The notes below the pieces were generated by a model that saw only the letters and a list, made by a program, of their open reading frames with translations, was not told the origin of the DNA and did no database searches. 64,000 nucleotides of DNA from Chloroflexota bacterium (GTDB taxonomy: Bacteria > Chloroflexota > Anaerolineae > CG2-30-64-16), in assembly GCA_026389845.1 (NCBI GenBank), contig JAPLHB010000188.1, positions 51,026 through 115,025 on the forward strand, read 5' to 3'. How positions within the stretch are numbered: position 1 is the stretch's first letter; each line of letters opens with the position of its first letter. Below, piece by piece: positions 39,001 through 47,881 of this stretch. The translations under genes and the position numbers were made by a program.

Positions 39001-42000
39001 TCAGGCCCGTCGCGTTGAGCGGCAGGCAGAAGGCCTGGCGGAAGAAGCTGAAGTTGCCGTCCAGATGTCCGTCGGTGTTCGGCGCCACCCACTCGGCCGA
39101 GAGGTCAGCAGGGTTGGTCCAATAGCTATACTCCGTTGTACTGGAGGCAGCTGGCTGCGTCCAGCCACTGTCGTCGAACGCCGTCATGCGCGGGTTGTCG
39201 TCATAGCCCGGCGGCGGCGTGCCATCCGCGCCCTGGTAGATATCCTTGAATGCCGCACACTTGTCGAAGTCGCACCACGGTCTGGTGACTGCGGTCGTGG
39301 TGCTGGTGATAGTCACGCTGTCGCGGCCGGTTTCCGTGGAGAGGGTGGCGGTAGGCTGGGTGCTGCCGCCCGCGGTCACGCCCGGTGTGACCGCGAAGCT
39401 CACCGTGCCGCTGGCGCTGGCCGTCTTGTCACCCAGGTTCCAGGTAATGACGCCGCCGCTTTCCGTCCCACCGCCGGTGATGCTGCCTGCGACGAGCGTC
39501 GTGTTGGCTGGCAGGGTGTCCGTGACGATCGCGCTGCTTGCCGTGACGTCGCCGGTGTTGCTCCACTGGATCGTATAGGTGACCGGCTGGCCGGGATAGG
39601 CCGGCCCGGCCGCCTGCTTCTCCAGCACGATGTACGGGGCCGTGACCAGATCGCTGTCGGTGGCAGTGCCGTTCGCCGGGTTGGGATCGGCCCCGTTGGC
39701 TGTGTCGTCCGCGATCGTAACACGGTCGGCCGCCACCGAAGAGGGCAGAGCACCCGACTTGACCTTCAGGTACAGCGTAATGCTGTGCGCGCCGTCCACC
39801 GGCAGCGCTCCGATGTTCCAGATCAGCGTGCCCGCCCCTACGTCATAGGTGCTGGCAGGCGTAGAGCCGTTGTAGGTGTTCCCAGTGAGCTGCGCGGCAT
39901 CAATCTCCACCCCATTGAACAGAGTATCCGTGATCACCACACCGGCGGCGGCCTGATTTCCGGTGTTCGAGTAGGTAATCGTGTAGCGTATGGTGTCGCC
40001 TGCCAGGACCTGCTTCTGGCTATCGGTCTTGCTGATCACCAGGTCGGGCTGCGCGGTCACCGGCGTGCTGGTGGTGGAGGTGTTGTTGAGTGGCGAGGCG
40101 TCGGTAGTGGTCGTCGTGATCGCAGCGGTGTTGGCGATGGCGCTCACGCCGGCCGGCAGCGCATTGGTGATCTGAACCGTAAAGCTCACCGTCCCCGTGG
40201 CCCGGCTGGCGAGGGCGTCCAAGGACCACGTGATGATGCCACTGCCGACCGTGCCGGTGTAGGTGCCCGCGACCAGCGTCGTGTTGGCCGGCACGGCGTC
40301 CGTGATCTGCACATTCGCGGCCGGATCGAGGCCATCGTTCCTGTAGGCCAGCGTGTAGGTGATCAGATCACCGGGCATGGGCGTGGGGGAACTGGTCCCT
40401 GCCGACTTCAACACGGTCACATCGGCAGCCGTCCTCGTCGGCACGTAGAGGCTGGCCGTGTCGTTACCGGTGTCGAGGTCGGCCTGCGTCGCATCAATGA
40501 CGGCCGTGTTGAACAACGAAGCGCCGGTGATCGTGCCCACTGTGGCATTGAAGGTCAAGACGTAAGTGGCGTCGGGCGCCAGATCCGGCAGGCCCAGGGT
40601 CAGCTCTCTGGTCCCGGAGTTGTAGCTCACGGTTACGGTGGCAGAGCCGCCGTTGACAGTGAGACTGGCAGTGCCGGTATTATACGTGGTCAGCGCATCC
40701 AGCGTATCCGTGATGGTGACGCCGGTGGCTGTGGCGTGCCCGCTGTTGCCGCCGCTGAGCTGATACGTGACCGTGCTGCCCGTTCCGGCGGGCGAGGCCG
40801 AGGTAAAGGTCTTGGCGATGGTCAGGTCCGGGTGCGTCGTCACCGTGTCCACGTCCGAGACTTCGTTGTTGGTCGTGTCCTTCTCGGCGCTGGTTGTGGT
40901 CACTTTGGCGTAGTTAGATAGGGCCGTCGTGCCGTCGGGCAGCGAGCTTGCCAACTTGGCCTGCACCGTGAACGTCTTGGATGCGTCTTTCGCCAGGCTG
41001 CCCAGCGACCAGGTCCACGTGCCTGCCGGGGATTCCACCGGCGTCACGCCCGAGTCGTCGCTGACGTAGGTCAGGTACGCCGGCAGTACGTCCTTGAGTG
41101 TGACTGCGTCGGCCGTGATGCTGCCGTTGTTGACCACCGTCAGAACGTAGCTCAAGGTGTCCCCCGGCTCCGCCACGGTCTGGCTGTCGGTCTTCGTGAT
41201 GAGCAGGTCGGTTGTGCCCAGCGCCAGGTCCTGCGTCGTCGGCCCGGCAGACAGGATCGTCGGGCTGGCGCTCGCATCCTGGTAACGCGTCTGCGAGGCT
41301 GTGACGGTGGCGGCGCCGGCCGTGAAATTGCAGGCCGTGCCGGCCACGAAGCTATACGCGCCGCCGGCCCCCGTGGTGGTTGTGCATGTGGTTGAATTTT
41401 GGGTCAGCGTCACGGTGGCGCCCACGAGCGGCACGCCGGTGCCCAGGTCGGTCACCACCCCACTCAGGCTTGGGCGCACCAGGGCCAGATCCTGGACATT
41501 GGTCACGCCCGCCGTGATCGTTTTGCTGGCAGAAGTCAAGAGGTAACCTGCTGGCGCCGCGGTGGCAGCGACCGTCGCCGTGCCCGGCGCCAGCAGGCAG
41601 CCGCCCACGCCGCTGGTCACGGTGTAAACGCCGTTGGCATCCGTCGTCGCCGTGCAAATGTGACTGCCCTGGCTGTCCGTGGTCGTCACCTGCACGCTGA
41701 CATTTGCCAGTTTTGCGCCCGTATCCTTATCGGTGACCACGCCCGTCAGCGCCGTCGTCTTGACCGTGAGGCCGGCGCTGGCCATGTTGTTGGCGGAGTT
41801 GGCATCGTACAGCTCCGATGACACGCTCGCTGTGTTGGTGATCGTGCTGCCGCCCTGCCCCAGGTTGACGGTGGCCGTGATGGTCAGCCTCGCGCTGGCG
41901 CCGCTGGCCAACGCCCCCACGCTCCAGGTGGGGCTGCTGTAGCTGCCCAGGGTCGCGCTAGACGAGCCGTAGGTCAGGCCGGCGGGTAGGGGATCGGTCA

Positions 42001-44398
42001 CAGCCGCGGTCGAGACGGCGGCCGGCCCGGTGTTGGTGACGTGCACCGTGTAGACGATCGTGCCGGCCTCGGCCGGAGCGCTGTTGTCCACCGTCTTCGT
42101 CACGGTCAGGTCGGCGTTCGAGATCGCGTTGATGGTCGGCTGCTGCCCGACCGTGGCGGAATCCCCGTCGGTCTGCAGGCTGGTGTTGTTGGCGCCGCTC
42201 TGGTTCGAGTCCCAGCTCGCCACGCCCTGGTTGCTTATCTGGGTCACCCCAGCCGGCAACGGATTATTGACCGTCACCCGGAAGGTGATCGTTGCGCTTG
42301 AACCCTTGGTCGGCAGGCTGATCCCAGTGACGTTGACACTCGGCGCAGTGTAGGAAGCCGTGCCCGAGGTCGTGGCAGCGCTGCTCGCCACATAGGTCGT
42401 GTTGGCCGGGAGGGTGTCGGCGAAGGTGGCGCCGGTGACCGTATAGCTGCCAGTGTTGGTCAGCACGATCGTATAGAGCACTTCGCCGCCGGGCTGCAAG
42501 GGTGAGCTGACGACGCTGGCGGTCTTCGTCGCCGTCAGCGTGGCGACGCCACCCACCAGGAGCTGAGTCGGCTGCTTGCCGGGCGTCGCCAGGTCGGCGT
42601 CGGTAAGCACGCTGGTCGTGCCGTACGTGATCGTGCCTTGGTTGGAGATCACGTCGCGGATCTTTACGCCGCTGTTGACCGTGACCTTGAAGTCGAGCGT
42701 GGCCTGGCTGCCCGCGTTGACGCTTGCCGTCCAGGAAAGGGTCTTGGTCGTGCTGTTGTAGCTGACCGTGCCCCCCGAAGCCGTCGCGGTCCCCGTCACA
42801 TACGTCGTGTTGCTCGGCAGCGTGTCCGTGAACGACGTGGTCGGGGAATTTTGGTTGCCGGTGTTGGGCAAGACGACATGGTAGGTCAATGTTTCGCCGG
42901 GCGACACGGCGCCGTCATTATTCGCATCATTGTACGTAACCGATTTCGTAGAGGTATCGAAGTTAGGCCCCGCCGTCACCGAGATCACCGTGGCCTGGTT
43001 GCCATCGGTCACTGAATCGCCGTCGGTTTGCGAGGTGATCGAATTGTAAATGTCCCAACCCTGGTTGCTGATCTGCGACACCCCAGCAGGCAGGGAATTG
43101 TTCACCTGCACCTTGAAGGTGATGGTCGCCTGGCCGTTGGCGGGGACGGTGATGTCCGTGACGTTGAGCGTCGGGCTGGTGGCGCCGAGGACGCTGCCGG
43201 AGGGCACGCTGGCGCTGTTGGCTACGTAGGTCGTGTTGGCTGGGATCGTATCCGTGAAAACGACGCCGGTGATCGCCGTGTTCGTCTGGTTGTTGAGCAC
43301 CACGGTGTAGAGGAGTTGGTCGCCGGGCGCGACGCTGCCGCCGCCGGTGGTGGCGTTCTGCACGGCCTTGGTCGCGGTCAGGTCCGGCACCTGCTGGGTG
43401 ACATTCAAGTTGCGGATCTCGTGGTAGTTGACCTGACCGCCGGTGGAGCCTGCGAAACCCATCTTCAGGGTGCCCGGCGCCGACGTGGTCATCGTGAAAG
43501 GCCCGAACAACGTCGTCCAGGACGTGGCGCCCTTGTTGAATTTCATATCCACCGAGACTGAATAGGCCGAACCTACCGGCGTAACGGTGATTCGAACTTG
43601 CCGGGAGTAGATTGTATCCGCAGGTCGCGTCGTTCCGGCGCCGCAGCTCCCTGTAATTCCTATACCAGTAGTCCCTGTAAAGTTCTTCGGGCAGTCGAGC
43701 TTGGGTAAGGCGGGGGACAGGGTCGTAATGTTCTTTGTGCCCGCCAGGTAGGCGTAGCCCGTCGTACCACTGCCCGGCCCGCGAATGGCCACAGACTCGG
43801 GAATCGCGCCCGGCCCACCCGAGCGGCCTTCGTTCGGGTTGGAGTAGTTGCCGAACTCATCCAGCGCCAGCCCCAGGTAGCCGTTGCTGAGCCCGTTGAC
43901 GCCGGTTTTATTAGCGTACCCCAATGAGCCGCCGGATGCGCCGACGTTGAACGTCGTGGTGGCGCCGTCGAACAGGAAGAAGGTGAGGCCATCTGCGGCG
44001 GCGCCGCCCCATGCGGCGTAGTCGAAGGTGATGACCAGGCCGCGGCTTGTCTGGATCGGCATATTGTAGTAGGCGTAGCCGGCCTGGTAGGTCGTGTTTT
44101 TGGTGAGGCGCAGCCACCCGTCGCCCGCGGTATCCCCATTGCCGCTGGTCAGGTAGGCCGTGCCGCCGAGCACCCAGTTGGGGTCAGTCGTCGCCGCGTT
44201 CTTGAAAGACTCGGTGAAGGGGAAGGTGAAAGCGTCCGGCGCGGCGGGAACGAGCTGTGCGCGCAACTCGCGGGCGCCTTCGGCGCGCACGGACGTCGCC
44301 ATCCCCGGCGTCGGCAGCAGAGAGAAGGCAAACAGGGCCGCTATGACCGCCGATGCGATGCGCCGCGCCGCGTGCTTAAGCCAAACGGGATTTTTCAT
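36023..44398 (-). CDS. giant secreted surface protein: lectin-like N-terminus, many DUF11 repeats, PKD, SdrD-B-like, GEVED and C-terminal PTA..L.SF / WLP.I domain
   Basis: signal peptide; GWLRLT..ADG..FFLFDG; repeated DL..TK...PG..L.Y.....N.G........D.LP; GEVEDY; ends YLSLWLPVIVTP. Confidence 0.85.
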   Translation of the reverse strand: MKNPVWLKHAARRIASAVIAALFAFSLLPTPGMATSVRAEGARELRAQLVPAAPDAFTFPFTESFKNAATTDPNWVLGGTAYLTSGNGDTAGDGWLRLTKNTTYQAGYAYYNMPIQTSRGLVITFDYAAWGGAAADGLTFFLFDGATTTFNVGASGGSLGYANKTGVNGLSNGYLGLALDEFGNYSNPNEGRSGGPGAIPESVAIRGPGSGTTGYAYLAGTKNITTLSPALPKLDCPKNFTGTTGIGITGSCGAGTTRPADTIYSRQVRITVTPVGSAYSVSVDMKFNKGATSWTTLFGPFTMTTSAPGTLKMGFAGSTGGQVNYHEIRNLNVTQQVPDLTATKAVQNATTGGGSVAPGDQLLYTVVLNNQTNTAITGVVFTDTIPANTTYVANSASVPSGSVLGATSPTLNVTDITVPANGQATITFKVQVNNSLPAGVSQISNQGWDIYNSITSQTDGDSVTDGNQATVISVTAGPNFDTSTKSVTYNDANNDGAVSPGETLTYHVVLPNTGNQNSPTTSFTDTLPSNTTYVTGTATASGGTVSYNSTTKTLSWTASVNAGSQATLDFKVTVNSGVKIRDVISNQGTITYGTTSVLTDADLATPGKQPTQLLVGGVATLTATKTASVVSSPLQPGGEVLYTIVLTNTGSYTVTGATFADTLPANTTYVASSAATTSGTASYTAPSVNVTGISLPTKGSSATITFRVTVNNPLPAGVTQISNQGVASWDSNQSGANNTSLQTDGDSATVGQQPTINAISNADLTVTKTVDNSAPAEAGTIVYTVHVTNTGPAAVSTAAVTDPLPAGLTYGSSSATLGSYSSPTWSVGALASGASARLTITATVNLGQGGSTITNTASVSSELYDANSANNMASAGLTVKTTALTGVVTDKDTGAKLANVSVQVTTTDSQGSHICTATTDANGVYTVTSGVGGCLLAPGTATVAATAAPAGYLLTSASKTITAGVTNVQDLALVRPSLSGVVTDLGTGVPLVGATVTLTQNSTTCTTTTGAGGAYSFVAGTACNFTAGAATVTASQTRYQDASASPTILSAGPTTQDLALGTTDLLITKTDSQTVAEPGDTLSYVLTVVNNGSITADAVTLKDVLPAYLTYVSDDSGVTPVESPAGTWTWSLGSLAKDASKTFTVQAKLASSLPDGTTALSNYAKVTTTSAEKDTTNNEVSDVDTVTTHPDLTIAKTFTSASPAGTGSTVTYQLSGGNSGHATATGVTITDTLDALTTYNTGTASLTVNGGSATVTVSYNSGTRELTLGLPDLAPDATYVLTFNATVGTITGASLFNTAVIDATQADLDTGNDTASLYVPTRTAADVTVLKSAGTSSPTPMPGDLITYTLAYRNDGLDPAANVQITDAVPANTTLVAGTYTGTVGSGIITWSLDALASRATGTVSFTVQITNALPAGVSAIANTAAITTTTTDASPLNNTSTTSTPVTAQPDLVISKTDSQKQVLAGDTIRYTITYSNTGNQAAAGVVITDTLFNGVEIDAAQLTGNTYNGSTPASTYDVGAGTLIWNIGALPVDGAHSITLYLKVKSGALPSSVAADRVTIADDTANGADPNPANGTATDSDLVTAPYIVLEKQAAGPAYPGQPVTYTIQWSNTGDVTASSAIVTDTLPANTTLVAGSITGGGTESGGVITWNLGDKTASASGTVSFAVTPGVTAGGSTQPTATLSTETGRDSVTITSTTTAVTRPWCDFDKCAAFKDIYQGADGTPPPGYDDNPRMTAFDDSGWTQPAASSTTEYSYWTNPADLSAEWVAPNTDGHLDGNFSFFRQAFCLPLNATGLSANLELAGDDVSDIYLNGVYLGQEVGAGGADSFTATPGIQSGINILAVQLLNNRHGGHAALGGQDHIGLLFNLGAAYTSLRPFASAPNTVREDTDVVFSANELAIGGRTPYSYTITYGDGSPAADYQLSNTFTHQYTTPGVYTATLTARAQYGCTGSDQIVVTVLPSGSTLLANSAAVTYADANGKTLSGQSGAGLELLPAADLSIVKSVVSGGTTPGDGVTYQLLVTNNGPNAVTGAVVSDTVPAAVTGVTWTCVSSGGTCTNTSGSSNPLYETVSLPSGATATYTIQGTIAPAATGTLTNTATVAPPAGITDLAQANNSSSVSRSLTPQVTLGVNKTSSPNPGLAPGRGDIYTIVVSNTGKSDAASVSVQDTFPAAITDVTWTCAASSGSTCTADGSGNIANTATILAGGSVTYTVRGTVDSGAIVGTVIANTATATYETTPASSATDNNTLVAMTSLTATKDALSSSDVSSRIVPFIDADSSGGVSPGDTLKYQVVITNGANTAYNVLYNDTPDPNTTLVAGSVTCAPACSNTSSSTAVSVTFASMAGSGSATITYRVTVNNPLPFQLATLANQGHAASANAYSLATDDPATGETGDPTVMTLTMGSISGVTWEDDNDGVKETGEPVLANTPVTLYYAGANGVWGDGDDQTAYSISDANGAYSFGNLAAGKYQVGFYQRLGFTFSSVIADNKADSTGLTAELTLATNQQMTGVSAGEVSQLDFGNLPTVYADTTLAQDGARHVITGTLHLGPTILIENDGAVGTPADNDGIVPPSQGAWTAGASRTLTVTASGSGYLWAWFDWNDDGDFSDAGEAVDLGTVISAAQTVTLSIPSNYVADRQLYSRFRLYPEGYAQEFVPYGVVFGGEVEDYEFKFSPTAGELESFTADATAAGVTLAWETISELGVLGFNLYRCAPPDGPWVRLNPRVIPSVSPGSSDGHRYTWLDQSAHRGVVYTYRLEVMNLSGTPSLAAETTATYLSLWLPVIVTP

Positions 44399-44807
44399 GA
44401 CAAGCTCCTTGAATTCTACACAACTGAGTCACGAAGGGCGCCGGATAGGCAGAGGATGCAGGCGAGAGGCCGGTTGATCCGACCCAGCATAAGTGAAGCT
44501 TTTGTCTCACCATGACGCACAACGACTCGCCAGGACACGTAGGCCGTGGCCATGCCCGGCAACGATTTCTAAAGAGGAAGGTACCCCGGTGAGATTACGA
44601 TGGATATAACACCACGGTTAGCGGCCACGGCCGGAGCAGGTGAGATGGGAAAGTTAGCCATAGATTTTTCCTCTGCTTGGATATGATCGCCATAGGTGTA
44701 GGTTTCTGCAAATTACGTCTGATTGCGTCAAAAAAATAGCCTGATGGGAGTATACTACCATTGGAAGATAATTGCAATGGGGTACTTTACCCATTGGGTG
44801 GAGTGCG

Positions 44808-46889
44808 CTATCTGCGCGTCCAAACTGTCCAATAGCTGGCGTCCGGGGGCGTGCGGTCTTCGTAATTCACGGACTCCGACGCCCACCAGCGGCCGAAGTT
44901 GCCCTGCGCCGACAACTTCTGGCTCGCCGATGGTCGGAGTTGACTCACGACCGCGGCGGGTGGATGGCGGATCAGCCCCGCAGTGACCGCCGCGGCCTCT
45001 GGGCCGGTGTCGCCGATGCCGGAGAAGACGATGTCGAATGCCGTCGGATTCGGACGATCCACGAGCAAGTACCAGCCAGCCCCCCAGCCGGTGGTGAAGA
45101 TGGGCTGGCCCGGCGGCACGGTCTCCCGCAGCAGCGCCTGGATGGCTGTCACCTCGTCGCTGGCCGAAGCCAGCACGGCTACCGGGCCGACAGCCGTCTG
45201 AAGCCAGGTGCGCGGGGCATTTAAGTAAAGCTCGCGCGCCGTTACTTGTGTCACCAGGTTGGCGATCGTGGCGATGCCGAGCACGGCCACGGCCAGGCGC
45301 AACGGCCTCCCCGACTCCCCAAGCGTGGGGCGAGGAGGAGAGTGCGGCCCCTCCGTCCCCTCCACCGTGGGGGGAGACGGGTTCCCCCCCAGATTGGGGG
45401 GCCACCAGGGGGGCGCCTGCACCAACCACGCCAACACCGCCAACGCCGGCGCCACAGCCCCGCCGAACGCGTAGCCGGTGGTGACGTAGCGCAGGTCGGT
45501 CAGGACGGCAAAGGCCCATAGACCCCACCACGCCGGCGCCGCGCCGCGGCGCCGGGCGATCCAGCCGGCCCACAGCAACAGCGGCAACAGCGGCCCCCAC
45601 GGCAACGTGGCCAGCCACGTCAGCACGTAAACCGGGCTGAAGGCCAACTGCCCCCAGTCGCCGGTGCGCAAGACGTTCAGCACCGCCCGCGGCCCGCCGA
45701 TGAAATCGGGCGCCACGCTGCCCACGGCGAGCAGGATCAGCAGCAAAGGCCAGCCGAGCCAGCCCGTCTGATCAATCAGCCGCGGATGCGCACGGATGAA
45801 CGCGGATAAAGAAAAAAATCCGTGTCCATCCGCGCCGATCCGCGGCCTGTTTTCACCCGCAGGGGCCACGGCGCCGCGCCCGGCGCGGCGGCTCCGCCAC
45901 CAGAGCCAGCCCGTCCGATCAATCAGCCGCGGATGCACACGGATGAACGCGAATAAAGAAAAAAATCCGTGTCCATCCGCGCCGATCCGCGGCCTGTTTT
46001 CACCCGCAGGGGCCACGGCGCCGCGCCCGGCGCGGCGGCTCCGCCACCAGAGCCAGCCCGCGGCCCACGCGCTGTAGGAGCTGAGCAGCAGGCGCAGCTC
46101 GCGCTGTGGAAAGGTGAGGCCCCAGGCCCGACGTGCGGCGACCTGGTCGTAGCCGATGTAGCCGCGCCAGAGCGGTCCCCAGCCCGAGACGCTCGCCTGC
46201 CAGGCTGCGCCGGCCGCCGCAGGCAACAGCCAGGCCGCCAGCCACCAACCCCAGGCGCGGACGCCGGCCCGGCCCGCGCTCAAGACCGCGACGACGCTAC
46301 CGGCCGCGGCCAGGCCGTACTCCGGTTTGCTGAGCACGGCGGCGGCCGCAGCCAGCCCCGCGGCGACAAGCCAGGCAGTGCGCCGCGTGCTGGCCCAACG
46401 CAGCGCGGTGACGAGCGCGGCCAGGCTCGCGCCAAACCCCCACACGCTGGCCTGGGTGTAGATGTGCAAGTGCCAGCGGATCAAATCGCCCCCGACGTAG
46501 GCGCCGATCAACGCCGCGTAGGCCGTCAGCAGCAGGGCCGCTCGCGACGACACGAGCGACCGCACCGCGGTGTAGGTGAGCGGAATCGCCAGCAGCAACA
46601 GCGCGGCGTTGACCGCCGAGGCGCAGGCGGCATCCGGCCCGAACCCGCGGAAGAGCGCGGCCAACGCCTGGGCCGAGAGCGGGCCATAGGCCCACGCCAC
46701 GTCGCGGTAGAGCACCTCGCCGCGACTCATCCGCAGGGCCACCTGGAGATACCAGCCCTGGTCGGCCATGAACATGACGAAGGCGCGCCAGGCCACGACA
46801 ATCTGGGCCGTTGCGAACAGCAGCAGGCCTGCCAGCCCGGCAGGGATCAGGCGGCGATCGGCGGAGAGACGACGTAAAGGACTTGGCAT
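44808..46889 (-). CDS. GT-C-fold (ArnT/PMT-like) membrane glycosyltransferase-like protein with in-frame repeat inserts
   Basis: DQGWYL..A.RM..GEVLYRD....YGPL; L.KPEYG; many TM segments. Confidence 0.65.
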   Translation of the reverse strand: MPSPLRRLSADRRLIPAGLAGLLLFATAQIVVAWRAFVMFMADQGWYLQVALRMSRGEVLYRDVAWAYGPLSAQALAALFRGFGPDAACASAVNAALLLLAIPLTYTAVRSLVSSRAALLLTAYAALIGAYVGGDLIRWHLHIYTQASVWGFGASLAALVTALRWASTRRTAWLVAAGLAAAAAVLSKPEYGLAAAGSVVAVLSAGRAGVRAWGWWLAAWLLPAAAGAAWQASVSGWGPLWRGYIGYDQVAARRAWGLTFPQRELRLLLSSYSAWAAGWLWWRSRRAGRGAVAPAGENRPRIGADGHGFFSLFAFIRVHPRLIDRTGWLWWRSRRAGRGAVAPAGENRPRIGADGHGFFSLSAFIRAHPRLIDQTGWLGWPLLLILLAVGSVAPDFIGGPRAVLNVLRTGDWGQLAFSPVYVLTWLATLPWGPLLPLLLWAGWIARRRGAAPAWWGLWAFAVLTDLRYVTTGYAFGGAVAPALAVLAWLVQAPPWWPPNLGGNPSPPTVEGTEGPHSPPRPTLGESGRPLRLAVAVLGIATIANLVTQVTARELYLNAPRTWLQTAVGPVAVLASASDEVTAIQALLRETVPPGQPIFTTGWGAGWYLLVDRPNPTAFDIVFSGIGDTGPEAAAVTAGLIRHPPAAVVSQLRPSASQKLSAQGNFGRWWASESVNYEDRTPPDASYWTVWTRR

Positions 46890-46912
46890 GTTATCCAGTC
46901 TTGCTGCCAATT

Positions 46913-47192
46913 GTCACTCTGAGCGGATTGACGGCGAGTAGTACGTTGCGGCGTGACCCCAGCGAAGAGTCTCGTACCGAAGGTAGATGCTTCGCTGGAA
47001 TCCCGCCGTAGCGGACCTTGACTCGTTAACCCCGCTCAGCATGACAACCTGTTCAGCATAACAACTCACTGCCCCGGTACGAGCGCGAAGTCGAATTCGC
47101 CGCTCCACTGGGTCACCGTGGAGACGCCGCGGGCGTTGGCACCGCGGACGGCGTAAACGTAGTTGACGGCCACGTCGCCGATGCTGCCCGCG
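46913..47192. repeat. about 280-bp direct repeat (copy 1); copy 2 at 47881-48160
   Basis: offset 968; only about 3 mismatches seen; includes a gene 3' end plus a palindromic element. Confidence 0.9.
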
Positions 47193-47836
47193 TCGGTGTA
47201 AGCGACGTACATGAAAAGGGTCGGCGCGGGGATCACCGCCAGGGGGGACAAGCCGGGCGCGCCGGGCGTGAAGTACGGCGTCGTGCTCCGCCACACCTGG
47301 TAGCTGGTGTTTTCGGGCAGGTGCATCCATCCGAGTCGAACGCCGCCGTCCACGATCGTGGCCTGCACCACCGGGCTGGACGGCAGGGGTGGGCCGGTGT
47401 ATGTGGCGCTGACCATGTAGTCGAGATAGAGGGCCTTCAGACCGCTGAGGTCCACGTGCTCCAGCCAGTAGTAGTAGGTCACGCCGGGGGCCAGGCCGGA
47501 GCGGTCTTCGAAGATGTAGTAGTAGCCGCTCTGTGAGCCGGGATGACCGGGGATGAGCGCGGGGTTGATCTGCGTCGCCTGGGCGGGATCGGATACGATG
47601 GCCCGTTTGAGATTGAAGCCCGCTGTCTGAAGCTCGCTGACCGTCTGCCATTCGAGTCCCACGTGACCGTTTTGGGCGGTCGCCTCGAAGTATTCCAAAG
47701 AGGCGGCGGCCGGCTGCACCGGGCGCGAGTCGGAGTCGGCGCCGCCGATCCCTTGTACGCCGGACGGGAAAATCAAGGTCAGAAGCAAGAGCGCGCCGAG
47801 CGCCCGAAGCAGCAAAGTTCCGGGTGGCATCTTCAT
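47066..47836 (-). CDS. secreted protein made of the shared W.T.SE..GF.L.R domain plus a C-terminal GEFDFALVPG domain
   Basis: signal peptide, SD aaggagg, homology to the C-termini of neighbouring proteins. Confidence 0.75.
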   Translation of the reverse strand: MKMPPGTLLLRALGALLLLTLIFPSGVQGIGGADSDSRPVQPAAASLEYFEATAQNGHVGLEWQTVSELQTAGFNLKRAIVSDPAQATQINPALIPGHPGSQSGYYYIFEDRSGLAPGVTYYYWLEHVDLSGLKALYLDYMVSATYTGPPLPSSPVVQATIVDGGVRLGWMHLPENTSYQVWRSTTPYFTPGAPGLSPLAVIPAPTLFMYVAYTDAGSIGDVAVNYVYAVRGANARGVSTVTQWSGEFDFALVPGQ

Positions 47837-47881
47837 AAACCCTCCTTTGGCGATGGCGTAAAATCCACTTTTAGGCGTCTG

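Noticed and set aside
44400-44800. Riboswitch in the long leaders of the surface-protein genes (also 54830-55140)
   Set aside because: Only short inverted repeats were seen; no riboswitch consensus that I can recognise.
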